64,000 nucleotides of DNA, taken from IMG/VR virus record IMGVR_UViG_3300032285_002884; one strand, 5' to 3'. The position numbers and the translations under genes were made by a program. The notes below the pieces were generated by a model. It saw only the letters and a list, made by a program, of their open reading frames with translations. It made no database searches and was not told the origin of the DNA. Positions 1 to 9,420 of this stretch are shown here, piece after piece. Origin of the DNA: a virus. Position 1 is the first letter of the stretch. The number at the start of each line of letters is the position of its first letter.

Positions 1-1
1 T

Positions 2-349
2 ACCTATGGCGAGGTCGTTAAGTTCTATTCGGACCAGAGACTCGGAAACCTAATAGGTTCTTCTGAGGTCACTCACTCGAACACTTCATTTACGGTCCTT
101 AAGAACAACCAAGGGTTCGCTAACTCGACGACGTACGCCGTCGGCACTACTTCAAACTTAGTCGACACCGTGACCACATACACCTACGTAGCTAACTCGA
201 TCCCAAACAACGGTGAGCAGGTCTACTGGTCTCCGGTCTCATGCTACGACTATGAACTCGAGAAGAACTCTAATCTAACGAACATCAAGATCATCAATTC
301 AGGTCTCTACAACCAAGCCGTAAACATGCTGAAGACGGAGCTGGCATAA
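2..349 (+). CDS. gp53: Baseplate wedge protein gp53-like, C-terminal fragment (5' end outside window)
   Basis: Frame 2 is open to TAA at 347-349 and ends ...VYWSPVSCYDYELEKNSNLTNIKIINSGLYNQAVNMLKTELA. This matches the gp53 C-terminal pattern VSxYDYExxxNxxxxxIKII, and it lies just upstream of the hub/gp5 genes. Confidence 0.7.
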   Translation, partial: TYGEVVKFYSDQRLGNLIGSSEVTHSNTSFTVLKNNQGFANSTTYAVGTTSNLVDTVTTYTYVANSIPNNGEQVYWSPVSCYDYELEKNSNLTNIKIINSGLYNQAVNMLKTELA

Positions 350-350
350 T

Positions 351-1580
351 ATGGCAGCAGTCAATCCGGGCGAAGTAGAGATCAAGACGATAAGCCTTCA
401 TACTCCAAAGGGTACGCTCAACGCGACGGAGTTGACTCTCAGCTTCGACGTCTACGAGAGCGTCTTTATGCCCGGAATCATCGCTGAGCTTATTATCAGG
501 GATGACGGGTCACTGGCAAACTACCTTCCACTGGTCGGAGAAGAGAAAGTAAACATTGAGTTTGCTACTCCTGGAAGGGGCACGGCTAAGTATGAGCTTA
601 TCGTAGTAGAGCTGAAAGACGGTGAGACCGAGAAGAACCTCAGGACAAAGAACTACATCCTCAGGTGCACCTCACCGGAAGTCTACGTTCACAAGACGTC
701 CATCATACAGAAGTCATACAACACCAACATCTCTGACATGATCAAGGACATCTGTACAAAGTATCTCAAGACCAAGAAGAGCGTCGACGTAGAGGACACC
801 AAGGGGATTCAGCCGATCATCGTACCGAGCCTGAAGCCCTACGAGGCGATCGACATGCTTAGACGCAGGAGCGTTTCTGACAGTAATAAGTCGTCGACCT
901 ACTTGTTCTTTGAGAACCAGAAAGGCTTGAACTTCAAGACAATCGAGAAGATGTTCTCGGAAGGCGACGTCGGCGACAGGGTGTTCACCAACGATCACAC
1001 TCCAAAGACCGACTATACTCAGACTGGATACAGAAACGTCTTGTCTTTCAACCAGCCAAAGCAGTATGACAGCGCGTCTAAGCTAGGTGGAGGCGGGCTC
1101 AATGTTCAGACTAAGGTCCTCGACTTTAAAGACCTAAGCTACAAGAAGAACGACAACAAAAACACTGACAACGCTAAGTTCAAGAGCGCAGACGGTAAGT
1201 TTAACCCGACAAACAGCAGTGAGTTCAACGATCAGTTCTCAAAGACTGCGGGACTCCACACCATGATGCCGACCGACGGCTCAAAGCCAAAGACCTTTAT
1301 TCCAGACTCTACAGCTGACCAGAAGTCTTTCGTGTCTCAGCTCGCACAGGGCGCACTTCACCTACAGGTCATGGGCGACTCCGAGATCACTGCTGGAATA
1401 CTGATCCAGAGCAACTTGACCGGACCCTCTTCAGCTAATCAGCCAGGGGAAGACACGCTGTTAGCCGGTAAGTACCTCGTAGCCTCAGTGAGACACATCA
1501 TCGGCGTCGAAGGTAAGAAGCCTAGATATACTTGTGCGATCGAAGCGCTCAAGGGTGGATATAAGGAGAGTCCAGTATGA
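351..1580 (+). CDS. Baseplate hub protein (gp27/late-control-D-like)
   Basis: 409 aa between gp53 and gp5; YESVFxP...LPLVGEEKVNIEF, YLFFENxxGLNFK and LAGKYLVxxVRH motifs are typical of T4-like hub proteins. Confidence 0.65.
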   Translation: MAAVNPGEVEIKTISLHTPKGTLNATELTLSFDVYESVFMPGIIAELIIRDDGSLANYLPLVGEEKVNIEFATPGRGTAKYELIVVELKDGETEKNLRTKNYILRCTSPEVYVHKTSIIQKSYNTNISDMIKDICTKYLKTKKSVDVEDTKGIQPIIVPSLKPYEAIDMLRRRSVSDSNKSSTYLFFENQKGLNFKTIEKMFSEGDVGDRVFTNDHTPKTDYTQTGYRNVLSFNQPKQYDSASKLGGGGLNVQTKVLDFKDLSYKKNDNKNTDNAKFKSADGKFNPTNSSEFNDQFSKTAGLHTMMPTDGSKPKTFIPDSTADQKSFVSQLAQGALHLQVMGDSEITAGILIQSNLTGPSSANQPGEDTLLAGKYLVASVRHIIGVEGKKPRYTCAIEALKGGYKESPV

Positions 1581-1927
1581 CCGAAAGAGATATGGGAAGT
1601 AACTTCCAATGGTTCTTTGGTAAAGTCGTGAATAGAAAAGATGATCCCTCTAAGTCTGGAAAAGTTCAAGTCAGGATCTACGGTATCCACGACAACGAGT
1701 CAGACATCCCGGACACGGACCTTCCTTGGGCATACCCTATGATGCCCATCACCAGTGCTAGCTTCGAGCACGTCGGACAGAGCCCGACCGGAGTCACTGA
1801 GGGTGCTACTGTTTTTGGGTTCTTTGTTGATCATGAGAAACAGATCCCAGTAGTGATGGGAACTATTCACAGGTCAGCGCTTCCCGATAAGAACGATGAG
1901 TCTACAGGAACTACAGTAAACCCATAA
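1577..1927 (+). CDS. gp5: gp5 N-terminal OB-fold domain, encoded as a separate ORF
   Basis: FQWFFGKVVNRKDDPSKSGKVQVRIYGIH...DLPWAYPMMP...GATVFGFFVD...QIPVVMG is the classical gp5 OB-fold. Confidence 0.85.
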   Translation: MTERDMGSNFQWFFGKVVNRKDDPSKSGKVQVRIYGIHDNESDIPDTDLPWAYPMMPITSASFEHVGQSPTGVTEGATVFGFFVDHEKQIPVVMGTIHRSALPDKNDESTGTTVNP

Positions 1928-1937
1928 GGTAAGTATA

Positions 1938-3482
1938 ATGGATCTAGTCAACGACATCAGTTTTATAGCTCGTGAAACCGATAAGATAAAGAACTTCAAT
2001 AGAAGCATTATCGAGGTAGCGGGCGAAGGCATCAAGTCTGGACACCTTCCGACCGTCGGCAACGTCCCGTTTAACAGTGGCGAGAAGCTGCTGAGCCTTA
2101 TGCAGAGGATCGACCCGTGTAACTCTTCTGGAGCCATCTCTGCTGCTCTCAATGCGATGCACTCGATTCAGAGTCTAATGCAGGCCCTGACTTCCGTAGC
2201 GTCTATGGCATCTATCCAGAACTTCCTATCTTCGGGAATAGCCGACGCACTGAATGGAATAGCTGGAGGACTCTTAGGCGGAGCCGCGTCTGTTCTATCT
2301 TCACTTCAGAACGCAGCATCTTTGTTGTCTGGTATCCAGTCAGTTCTCTCTGACGCTGCAGGGTCGGTAGCCGGCCTAGTAAACGACCTCTCTACTTCTA
2401 TTGGGTCAATATCTGGTCTATTGAACGGGCTAGCGCAGGCTGCAGAGTCAGCACTTTTCGCGGCCATCTGCTCTTCGCCGTGCGGTGACTCTATGGGCAG
2501 AGGAGGTGTACTCTCTCCTCTAGCAGCGCTCGCACAGCTGGCAGGCATGTCTCTCACCGAGCTCTCTGGAATAACTGAGATACCTCTTCTCATAGAGGAG
2601 ATAGCTAACACAGCAGCCTACATTCGTACCAATGGTCAGCACAATGGATTCTCACAAGAGTGTCTGAGAAGACTTCTCGATAGACTCATGGGTAATAACA
2701 ATCCCTGTGGTCTTCTCGGAGCCCTCATCGGCGCAATCACGGCTATACTGGGACAAGAATCTTTCGTTGGCGATCCAAATAAACCAGACGGCATCAAGAT
2801 GCCTTCGGGAACCGGATCGTTCAGCTTCATGATGACTATCATGAATATGATAAAGAAGATCAGATCAGTCCTGAGCAACGTTCTAGGTACTCTCGACGCT
2901 TTGGCCGCTCTCGACGAGGCACTCTCCTGTTCAGGATACACTCCCTATGTCCAGCGTGACTATACTCCTCCAGTCTATCTCAGCAACAACTACGTCCCTA
3001 AAGGTGTCAACGGAGGTCCCGGAGGCTCAGGCGGAGACGTCGGGGGTGGTGGAGGCTTTGATGGCGTCATCTCTAATAACTTTATAGCCAATACTGCTAG
3101 AACAATAGCCAATACTGCTAGAATAAATGGATCAGTATTAAGTCCATATAGTACCAATATTTCTACGAATAACCTAGCAAACAACGTTCCTAGAAACATG
3201 GAAGTCGTAGTCAAATTAAACTCGGCGGCGACTCCTCTAGATACAACACAATTTGGAGTCGGTGGAACAGGTACTGGATCAGGTGGTGGAACAATTGGAA
3301 CTGGTACTGGAACAGGTACTGGATCTGGTGGTGGAACAATTGGAACTGGTACTGGATCAGGTGGTAGAATAACTGGAACAGGGATGCCAGTTCAAGTTAC
3401 TTCCAGTAGAGTTGAAATAGTAGATACTATTCAGTTTGGATCAAACATCCTCTTTACCAACATTCCGAGGAAGAATAGATAA
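1938..3482 (+). CDS. Central gp5-locus protein: Ala/Leu/Ser-rich helical region with Gly-Thr repeat tail, unknown function
   Basis: 514-aa ORF between the gp5 N- and C-terminal ORFs; begins NDISFIARE, resembling the gp5 linker motif; no lysozyme motif seen. Confidence 0.6.
   Translation: MDLVNDISFIARETDKIKNFNRSIIEVAGEGIKSGHLPTVGNVPFNSGEKLLSLMQRIDPCNSSGAISAALNAMHSIQSLMQALTSVASMASIQNFLSSGIADALNGIAGGLLGGAASVLSSLQNAASLLSGIQSVLSDAAGSVAGLVNDLSTSIGSISGLLNGLAQAAESALFAAICSSPCGDSMGRGGVLSPLAALAQLAGMSLTELSGITEIPLLIEEIANTAAYIRTNGQHNGFSQECLRRLLDRLMGNNNPCGLLGALIGAITAILGQESFVGDPNKPDGIKMPSGTGSFSFMMTIMNMIKKIRSVLSNVLGTLDALAALDEALSCSGYTPYVQRDYTPPVYLSNNYVPKGVNGGPGGSGGDVGGGGGFDGVISNNFIANTARTIANTARINGSVLSPYSTNISTNNLANNVPRNMEVVVKLNSAATPLDTTQFGVGGTGTGSGGGTIGTGTGTGTGSGGGTIGTGTGSGGRITGTGMPVQVTSSRVEIVDTIQFGSNILFTNIPRKNR
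3261..3380 (+). repeat. Low-complexity tandem repeat encoding GTGTGSGGGTI units
   Basis: Repeated ggaacaggtactggatc(a/t)ggtggtggaacaattggaactggtact. A separate 21-bp-period duplication (atagccaatactgctagaa, IANTART/IANTARI) lies near 3084-3124. Confidence 0.85.
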
Positions 3483-4243
3483 TGGCCGACACTAGACACC
3501 CTAAGACGACTTATAATGCGCAGTATCCCTACAATAAGACATTCACGACTGAGAGCGGTCACTCGACAGAGTACGACGATACTCCTGGACATGAGAGGAT
3601 AAGACACTCTCACAAGTCAGGCACTTACTGGGAAGTATCTTCCGACGGCAAGAAAGTCGAGCTAATCAGGGGCGACAGCTATGAGTACGTTAAAGGCGGC
3701 TTAACTATCTCGGTCGACAACAACGGCGATATCAAGATCTCTGGACATACCAGAATATCAATCGGAGGAGACGCCCACATCGAAGTAAAGGGTGACGTCT
3801 CAGCTGCAATCGGCGGTAACTTGTTCTCGGACGTCAATGGAAACATGGTCTCCTCGATCGCAAAAGACGTCTACCAGTCAGTCGATGGAAACTCATTCTC
3901 GTTGGTCTCTGGAAACATGAACGCCCTAGTAAACGGCGACATGGCATCGACCATCAAGGGCACTCTCAGATCTTACGTCGGCGGTGACTCTATCACTCAG
4001 GTGAACGGCAAGACGAACATCAGGTCTAAGGGTGAGGTAAACCTACTCGCCGAGAGTAACGTCAGTGCTAGGATCTTAGGAAACCTCTCGGCTAAAGTCA
4101 ACGGCAGCGCAAACGTTCAGGTGTTAGGCACTACCAGCGTCTACAGCAAGGGTAACATGAACATCAGCACCGATGGTGCCATGAACATAACTTCTAAGGG
4201 TGCAATGGTTCTAAAAGGTCAGACCATCAATCTGAACCCATAA
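3482..4243 (+). CDS. gp5: gp5 C-terminal beta-helix spike domain, encoded as a separate ORF
   Basis: YPYNKTFTTESGHSTEYDDTPGHERIRHSHKSGTYWE followed by 8-residue VxGN-type repeats and the ending GQTINLN. Confidence 0.85.
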   Translation: MADTRHPKTTYNAQYPYNKTFTTESGHSTEYDDTPGHERIRHSHKSGTYWEVSSDGKKVELIRGDSYEYVKGGLTISVDNNGDIKISGHTRISIGGDAHIEVKGDVSAAIGGNLFSDVNGNMVSSIAKDVYQSVDGNSFSLVSGNMNALVNGDMASTIKGTLRSYVGGDSITQVNGKTNIRSKGEVNLLAESNVSARILGNLSAKVNGSANVQVLGTTSVYSKGNMNISTDGAMNITSKGAMVLKGQTINLNP

Positions 4244-4268
4244 ATACTTTGATAGTGAGGGGGGAGAT

Positions 4269-4613
4269 ATGGCACAGGCGGTGGCTAGAAAAAACAATAC
4301 GGATACCGTGTTCTCTCCTGACGGAACGGTGAGTGGAGAGTGCTCTCCTGGCGTTCCACAGTGTGATGCCCCAAGTATCCAGAGCACTCTAGAAGGTTCT
4401 AGTAATGTGTTCATAAACGGAATAGGTGCAGTGAGAATCGGTGATGCTATGAAAACACATACTCATGGCTGTGGGTGCGTGAATCACAGCCCTACTTTAT
4501 CTACGAGCTCCTCCACCGTATTCGTTAACGGCAAAGGATTAGGAAGACTTGGTGATGCCTACGACGGAAACCATAGAATCTCTTCAGGCTCGTCAAACGT
4601 ATTAGCAGGTTAG
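4269..4613 (+). CDS. gp5.4: PAAR spike-tip protein (gp5.4-like)
   Basis: AVAR, GSSNVFINGIGAVRIGD, SSTVFVNGKGLGRLGD and His/Cys metal ligands. Confidence 0.85.
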   Translation: MAQAVARKNNTDTVFSPDGTVSGECSPGVPQCDAPSIQSTLEGSSNVFINGIGAVRIGDAMKTHTHGCGCVNHSPTLSTSSSTVFVNGKGLGRLGDAYDGNHRISSGSSNVLAG

Positions 4614-4617
4614 TTAG

Positions 4618-5046
4618 ATGTCGATACTTACAAGAGCGGATAGAAATACATCGGTATCAAAGAGAGAAGTCAGGTACTCAGACTTCCTTACTAACTTTGA
4701 TCTCAACCCTATCACGGACGAGCTATCTCGAGCCACCAACGAAGAAGCGGTAAAGCAGTCTATAAGGAACTTAATCCTTACTGCTCCAGGAGAAAGACCT
4801 TATCAGCCCGATATCGGATCTGGAATCAAGAACATCTTATTTGAGCCGATGGATGAGATTACATCTATAGCTCTGACAAATGAGATAAAGAATACTATCA
4901 ATAACCACGAACCGAGAGCAAACCTTGAAGACGTCTCGATCATCGCAAACGAGATCGATCAGTCATACTATGTGAATATCTTGTTCTCCATGATAAATAG
5001 CACGCAAGTCTCACAGATGAGCTTCGTTCTCAACAAAGTAAGATAA
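4618..5046 (+). CDS. gp25: Baseplate wedge subunit gp25
   Basis: NEEAVKQSIRNLILTxPGERPYQPDIGS...HEPR motif. Confidence 0.9.
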   Translation: MSILTRADRNTSVSKREVRYSDFLTNFDLNPITDELSRATNEEAVKQSIRNLILTAPGERPYQPDIGSGIKNILFEPMDEITSIALTNEIKNTINNHEPRANLEDVSIIANEIDQSYYVNILFSMINSTQVSQMSFVLNKVR

Positions 5047-5047
5047 A

Positions 5048-6850
5048 ATGGCAGCAAACTCATCAATAGATCTTACCTCGCTAGATACCGATCTTATCGC
5101 GAGTAGTCTCAAGACTTACTTCAATAATCAGGTCGCGTTTAAGGACTACAACTTCGACGGTTCAAACCTCGGCGTCTTGATCAACCTGCTGTCATATAAC
5201 ACGTTCCTCAACTCTTTCTATCTCAACATGATAGCGTCTGAGTCATTTCTCGACACGGCACAGCTCGACACCAGCACCTACTCACACGCTAAAGCACTAA
5301 ACTATACTCCAAAGAGCGCGACCTCCTCTAAGGCTACCGTTACCCTTAAGTTCTCTACTTCTCCGGTAAGCAACGTCTCGACTATCATCCTGCCAAAGGG
5401 AACCGGCTTTACCGCCAAGGTCGGCACGAACAGCTACAGCTTCTATACAGACGCTACTCAGGTATTCCATTCAAGTAACAATACTTGGACTATCCCGAAC
5501 ATCGACATATATGAAGGCTCATACGTCACTGACACGTTCATTATGAACTACTCTGACACCAATCAGAGATTTATCCTTACAAACGACACAGTCGATATCT
5601 CGACCATAGCAGTCACGCTGATCGAAGACGGATCGACTTATCTCTCATATCTCAAGAAGCAGACCCTTCTCGACGTCACAGATCAGTCCAAAGTATTCTT
5701 CGTACAGGGCTCTGAGAACGGGATGTTTGAAGTAGTCTTTGGCGACGGGATCTCGGGCCGTCGCCCTAAAGACGGCGCCATCATCTCGATCAACTATAGA
5801 ATCTCGAGTGGCACTGGTCCAAACGGAGCTTCTAAGTTTACTCTGAACTCAGACATCACCGGCGGCGCTCTTCTAGGCTCGGCCACGGTCACTACTCAGT
5901 CCTCAGCTATCGGAGGAAGCATTAAAGAGACCGCCAGCTCGGTCAAGTTCAACGCGCCTAGATACTTCCAGACTCAAGAGCGCGCAGTCACGCCGACCGA
6001 CTATGAGACTCTAATAAAGATCCAGTTTCCCGAGATCAAGAACATCGCGATCTACGGCGGTGAGACGGTCAACCCTCCTAGATACGGCAAGGTGTTCGTC
6101 TCAGTAGATATCTCAAACGTGCAAGGCTTTCCGGACTCTAAGAAGACTCTGTACTATAACTTCTTAAAGCCTAAGATGCCGCTCACACACGAGCCTATAT
6201 TCGTATCGCCTACATATATCTATTATAGCATCAACTCTCTAGTGAGATACAACGTTAACTTGACTAACATGACTCCGACAGAGGTCGCCACCATCGTCAA
6301 GAACTCAGTTGTAAACTTTGATTCTACGTATCTTGGAAAGTTTAACTCGATCTTGAGATACAGCCAGCTTACCAAAGCCATCGACGCATCAGATACTTCT
6401 ATTATTGGCAACGAGACCGAAGTATACGCTTACAAGAAGATCTATCCAAAGCTGAACACTTCTCAGAATATCAAGATCAACTTTAACCTACCTATCCTCG
6501 ATACTCTCTTCCCTATTGGAAAAGTTCATCCGATCGCCGACCTTCATGCGATCTACTCTTCCGAGATTTTCTACAATGGCGAGGCCTGCTACCTCGAAGA
6601 CGACGCTAACGGCATCATCAGGATAGTTAAGTCGTCAGGCAATAACCACATTGTAGTCAAAGAAGTTGGAACCATTGACTATGCATCTGGAGTCGTTAAT
6701 CTAGTGAACTTTAGCATCGACTACTACAGTGGCCCAGAGCTCAAGATATACGCGATCACAGCAGAGAAAGACATCTATGCTGGGCAGAACGATATTCTAC
6801 AGCTAGAGCCGAGTGAGATCAACTTAACAATTCAAGCTATAAGGGAGTAA
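5048..6850 (+). CDS. gp6: Baseplate wedge subunit gp6
   Basis: FKDYNFDGSNL..L..LSYNT, ESFLDTAQ, FGDG, QERAVTPTDY and PPRYGKVF motifs. Confidence 0.9.
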   Translation: MAANSSIDLTSLDTDLIASSLKTYFNNQVAFKDYNFDGSNLGVLINLLSYNTFLNSFYLNMIASESFLDTAQLDTSTYSHAKALNYTPKSATSSKATVTLKFSTSPVSNVSTIILPKGTGFTAKVGTNSYSFYTDATQVFHSSNNTWTIPNIDIYEGSYVTDTFIMNYSDTNQRFILTNDTVDISTIAVTLIEDGSTYLSYLKKQTLLDVTDQSKVFFVQGSENGMFEVVFGDGISGRRPKDGAIISINYRISSGTGPNGASKFTLNSDITGGALLGSATVTTQSSAIGGSIKETASSVKFNAPRYFQTQERAVTPTDYETLIKIQFPEIKNIAIYGGETVNPPRYGKVFVSVDISNVQGFPDSKKTLYYNFLKPKMPLTHEPIFVSPTYIYYSINSLVRYNVNLTNMTPTEVATIVKNSVVNFDSTYLGKFNSILRYSQLTKAIDASDTSIIGNETEVYAYKKIYPKLNTSQNIKINFNLPILDTLFPIGKVHPIADLHAIYSSEIFYNGEACYLEDDANGIIRIVKSSGNNHIVVKEVGTIDYASGVVNLVNFSIDYYSGPELKIYAITAEKDIYAGQNDILQLEPSEINLTIQAIRE

Positions 6851-6853
6851 GAC

Positions 6854-9406
6854 ATGGCTGCTCCCAACAGCTACCCTCTGATCTCGACCCTCATCCCTTC
6901 TCAGTTCCCAGCTGTCTATAGGGAAGACGGACCGCTCTTTGTTGAGTTCGTCAAGCAGTACTATGAGTGGATGGAGTCTCAGGGGCCAGTCTACTATTCT
7001 AGAAAACTTCAGAACTTTCAAGACATCGACACGACCGAAGAATCGTTCTTAGTTCACTTCAAAGAGAAGTACCTCAAGAACATCCAGTTCCAGACCGCTA
7101 CCAACACGCGACTCCTCGTCAAGCACAGTCTAGACCTGTATAGATCAAAGGGTACCGAGAGGGCCATCAACTTATTCTTCAGACTCGTGTTCGGTGAAGA
7201 CGCTCAGGTCTACTATCCTGGACTCGACGTCATGAGGTCTTCTGATGCCAAGTGGTACAGCCCGACTTATCTCGAGGTAACGCAGAACGATGGTAACAGG
7301 TTCTTTGTAAACAAAGAGATCATCGGACTAAACTCAGGAGCTACCGCGTTCGTCGACGGCGTGGTTACCAGAAGGTTTCAGGGAAAGTACATCGACGTAT
7401 TCTACATCTCGGGAATAACCAAGGACTTCATCACCGGTGAGACGATTACCCTTGCAACTGCAGACTCTACAGTCAGCTACGTTAACCCGATCGTTGTCGG
7501 CTCGCTTACTTCGGCTATCATATCCGATGGCGGCGCTGGATTTAGTATAGGTGAGATTGTAAACATCTATAGCAGCAGCGGAAGAGGAAAGCAGGGACTT
7601 GGACGAGTATCTTCTCTAGCCTCGATCTCAGGCGCAGCGCAGATCACACTGCTGGACGGCGGATGGGGATACAGCACCAACTCATCGTATAACCTAGTCT
7701 CCTCTAACGTGCTGAGACTTGGTAACGTCAACATCGTTCCAATCGATCTCAATACTTTTACTTTTACCGTCGGCAAAGTAATTCAGCCACTAGCTAATAT
7801 CCAGATGAGCTATGGCAAGTACGTATCAAACTCAGCTTCTGCTATGTTTGCCGTAGGCGACATAATCAGCACTTATTCAGGCGGAGTCGTCAACTCGACC
7901 GGTCGCGTCATCTCGATCTCGCTTTCTGGTACGCCAAACTCAGCCTACATCCTAGCTTCTATACTTACAGGTAACCTTCAATCTAACAGCGTATACTATA
8001 ATCAGAGTAACTCGATAACCGCTAACTCTGCGTCATACGTCGACGTCTCTGCTACGGGTACTGGCGTCGGCTTATCTTCCAACGGTTACGTTAACTACAG
8101 CGGGATTGGTGGGTCTTTCTCGATTGCCGACCAGATATATCAGGTCAACCCACTTGGCGTAGAGACAGCCAACGCTATAGTAAAGTCGGTAGTCGCTAAC
8201 GGTCTAATTGGAAACCTATACGTCACCAACAGCATCGGACTCTTTATCAGCGGATACTCTATCTATAATAGATCAAACACAGCTATCGCTACAGTAAACT
8301 CAATAGCCATCGACGTCGGCATAATCCAGACCAGTAACAGCGGATTTGTAAGCTTTCCTGGCAACTTCGTCTATGAACCGAAGTACGGATCAAACGGTCA
8401 GGTATATAGCGTGTCTTCGGGTTCAGGAGCTAACTTCAACGTCGCTACTATCTCGTATACCGACGACGTCTATCTAGCTGACTTGATACTTCCGTTCAAG
8501 TCAGTAAGTCTCAACTCAGCGACTTACGTTGGTACCGGCGGAGTAACTTTCAAGCTAGCTTCTGCTAATCATGCCACAAAGCTGAGCGACGCTCTAAACA
8601 ATACTGCAATTACAGTCGGTACTATCTCGACTATAACGGCAGTGAATCCAGGAATAAACTACACGTATGCTCCGTTCATCACAACGATCGAGCCGAGAAT
8701 CTATAACTTCAGAAAGAGAGACTTCATCTTTACTCTCTCGAATACTAACGGAAGCTTTATTCCAGGCGAGATAGTGACGCAGGATACGACGAACGGCAGA
8801 GGTATCGTCCAGACCTCGAACAGCACCACGCTGTATGTAAGAAGGACTACCTTCTATGATAAGTTCGTGCAGGCAAACAGCACGGTAGACTATAAGATCA
8901 GAGGGACGACCTCACTCGCAAACTCAAGTCTCTTTACACTGCAGCCTCAGGCAAGTGCTTTTGCTGGATTCAACGACGTCGTTCAGACCAAGGCTGTCAG
9001 CGCTACCGGCTCAGTAGCTTCCATGGACATCGTCGACTCAGGATTTGGATACATCGATGGCGATACAGTCAACTTCTCTTCACTCGACGGCACGAGAACT
9101 GGAACGATCAAAGTAAGCCTTGGAAAGCAAGGCAGAGGCTCAGGTAAGTACTTGACTCAGAGTGGCTTCTTGAGCGCTGATAAATACTTATTCGATGGCG
9201 ACTACTATCAAGACTTCTCGTACGTGATCAACACCGCGGTCTCTTCAGAGAAGTATTCTGACATGATAGACAAGGTCCTTCACTTGTCCGGTACTAAGCA
9301 CTTCTATGGTATCTCAAAGAAGGCTTTCTCAAATACTCAGATGGTAGTGGCAAACGCTAAGATCGTCGTGAGTAACTCTTCATATTCTAACAGTATTCAA
9401 CTATAA
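6854..9406 (+). CDS. Baseplate wedge protein (gp7-like)
   Basis: N-terminal SQFPxVYRE..FVEFVKQYYEWME, LYRSKGTE and C-terminal DYYQDFSYVI...LHLSG; sits between gp6 and gp8. Confidence 0.7.
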   Translation: MAAPNSYPLISTLIPSQFPAVYREDGPLFVEFVKQYYEWMESQGPVYYSRKLQNFQDIDTTEESFLVHFKEKYLKNIQFQTATNTRLLVKHSLDLYRSKGTERAINLFFRLVFGEDAQVYYPGLDVMRSSDAKWYSPTYLEVTQNDGNRFFVNKEIIGLNSGATAFVDGVVTRRFQGKYIDVFYISGITKDFITGETITLATADSTVSYVNPIVVGSLTSAIISDGGAGFSIGEIVNIYSSSGRGKQGLGRVSSLASISGAAQITLLDGGWGYSTNSSYNLVSSNVLRLGNVNIVPIDLNTFTFTVGKVIQPLANIQMSYGKYVSNSASAMFAVGDIISTYSGGVVNSTGRVISISLSGTPNSAYILASILTGNLQSNSVYYNQSNSITANSASYVDVSATGTGVGLSSNGYVNYSGIGGSFSIADQIYQVNPLGVETANAIVKSVVANGLIGNLYVTNSIGLFISGYSIYNRSNTAIATVNSIAIDVGIIQTSNSGFVSFPGNFVYEPKYGSNGQVYSVSSGSGANFNVATISYTDDVYLADLILPFKSVSLNSATYVGTGGVTFKLASANHATKLSDALNNTAITVGTISTITAVNPGINYTYAPFITTIEPRIYNFRKRDFIFTLSNTNGSFIPGEIVTQDTTNGRGIVQTSNSTTLYVRRTTFYDKFVQANSTVDYKIRGTTSLANSSLFTLQPQASAFAGFNDVVQTKAVSATGSVASMDIVDSGFGYIDGDTVNFSSLDGTRTGTIKVSLGKQGRGSGKYLTQSGFLSADKYLFDGDYYQDFSYVINTAVSSEKYSDMIDKVLHLSGTKHFYGISKKAFSNTQMVVANAKIVVSNSSYSNSIQL

Positions 9407-9420
9407 GCTCGGGCATCATA

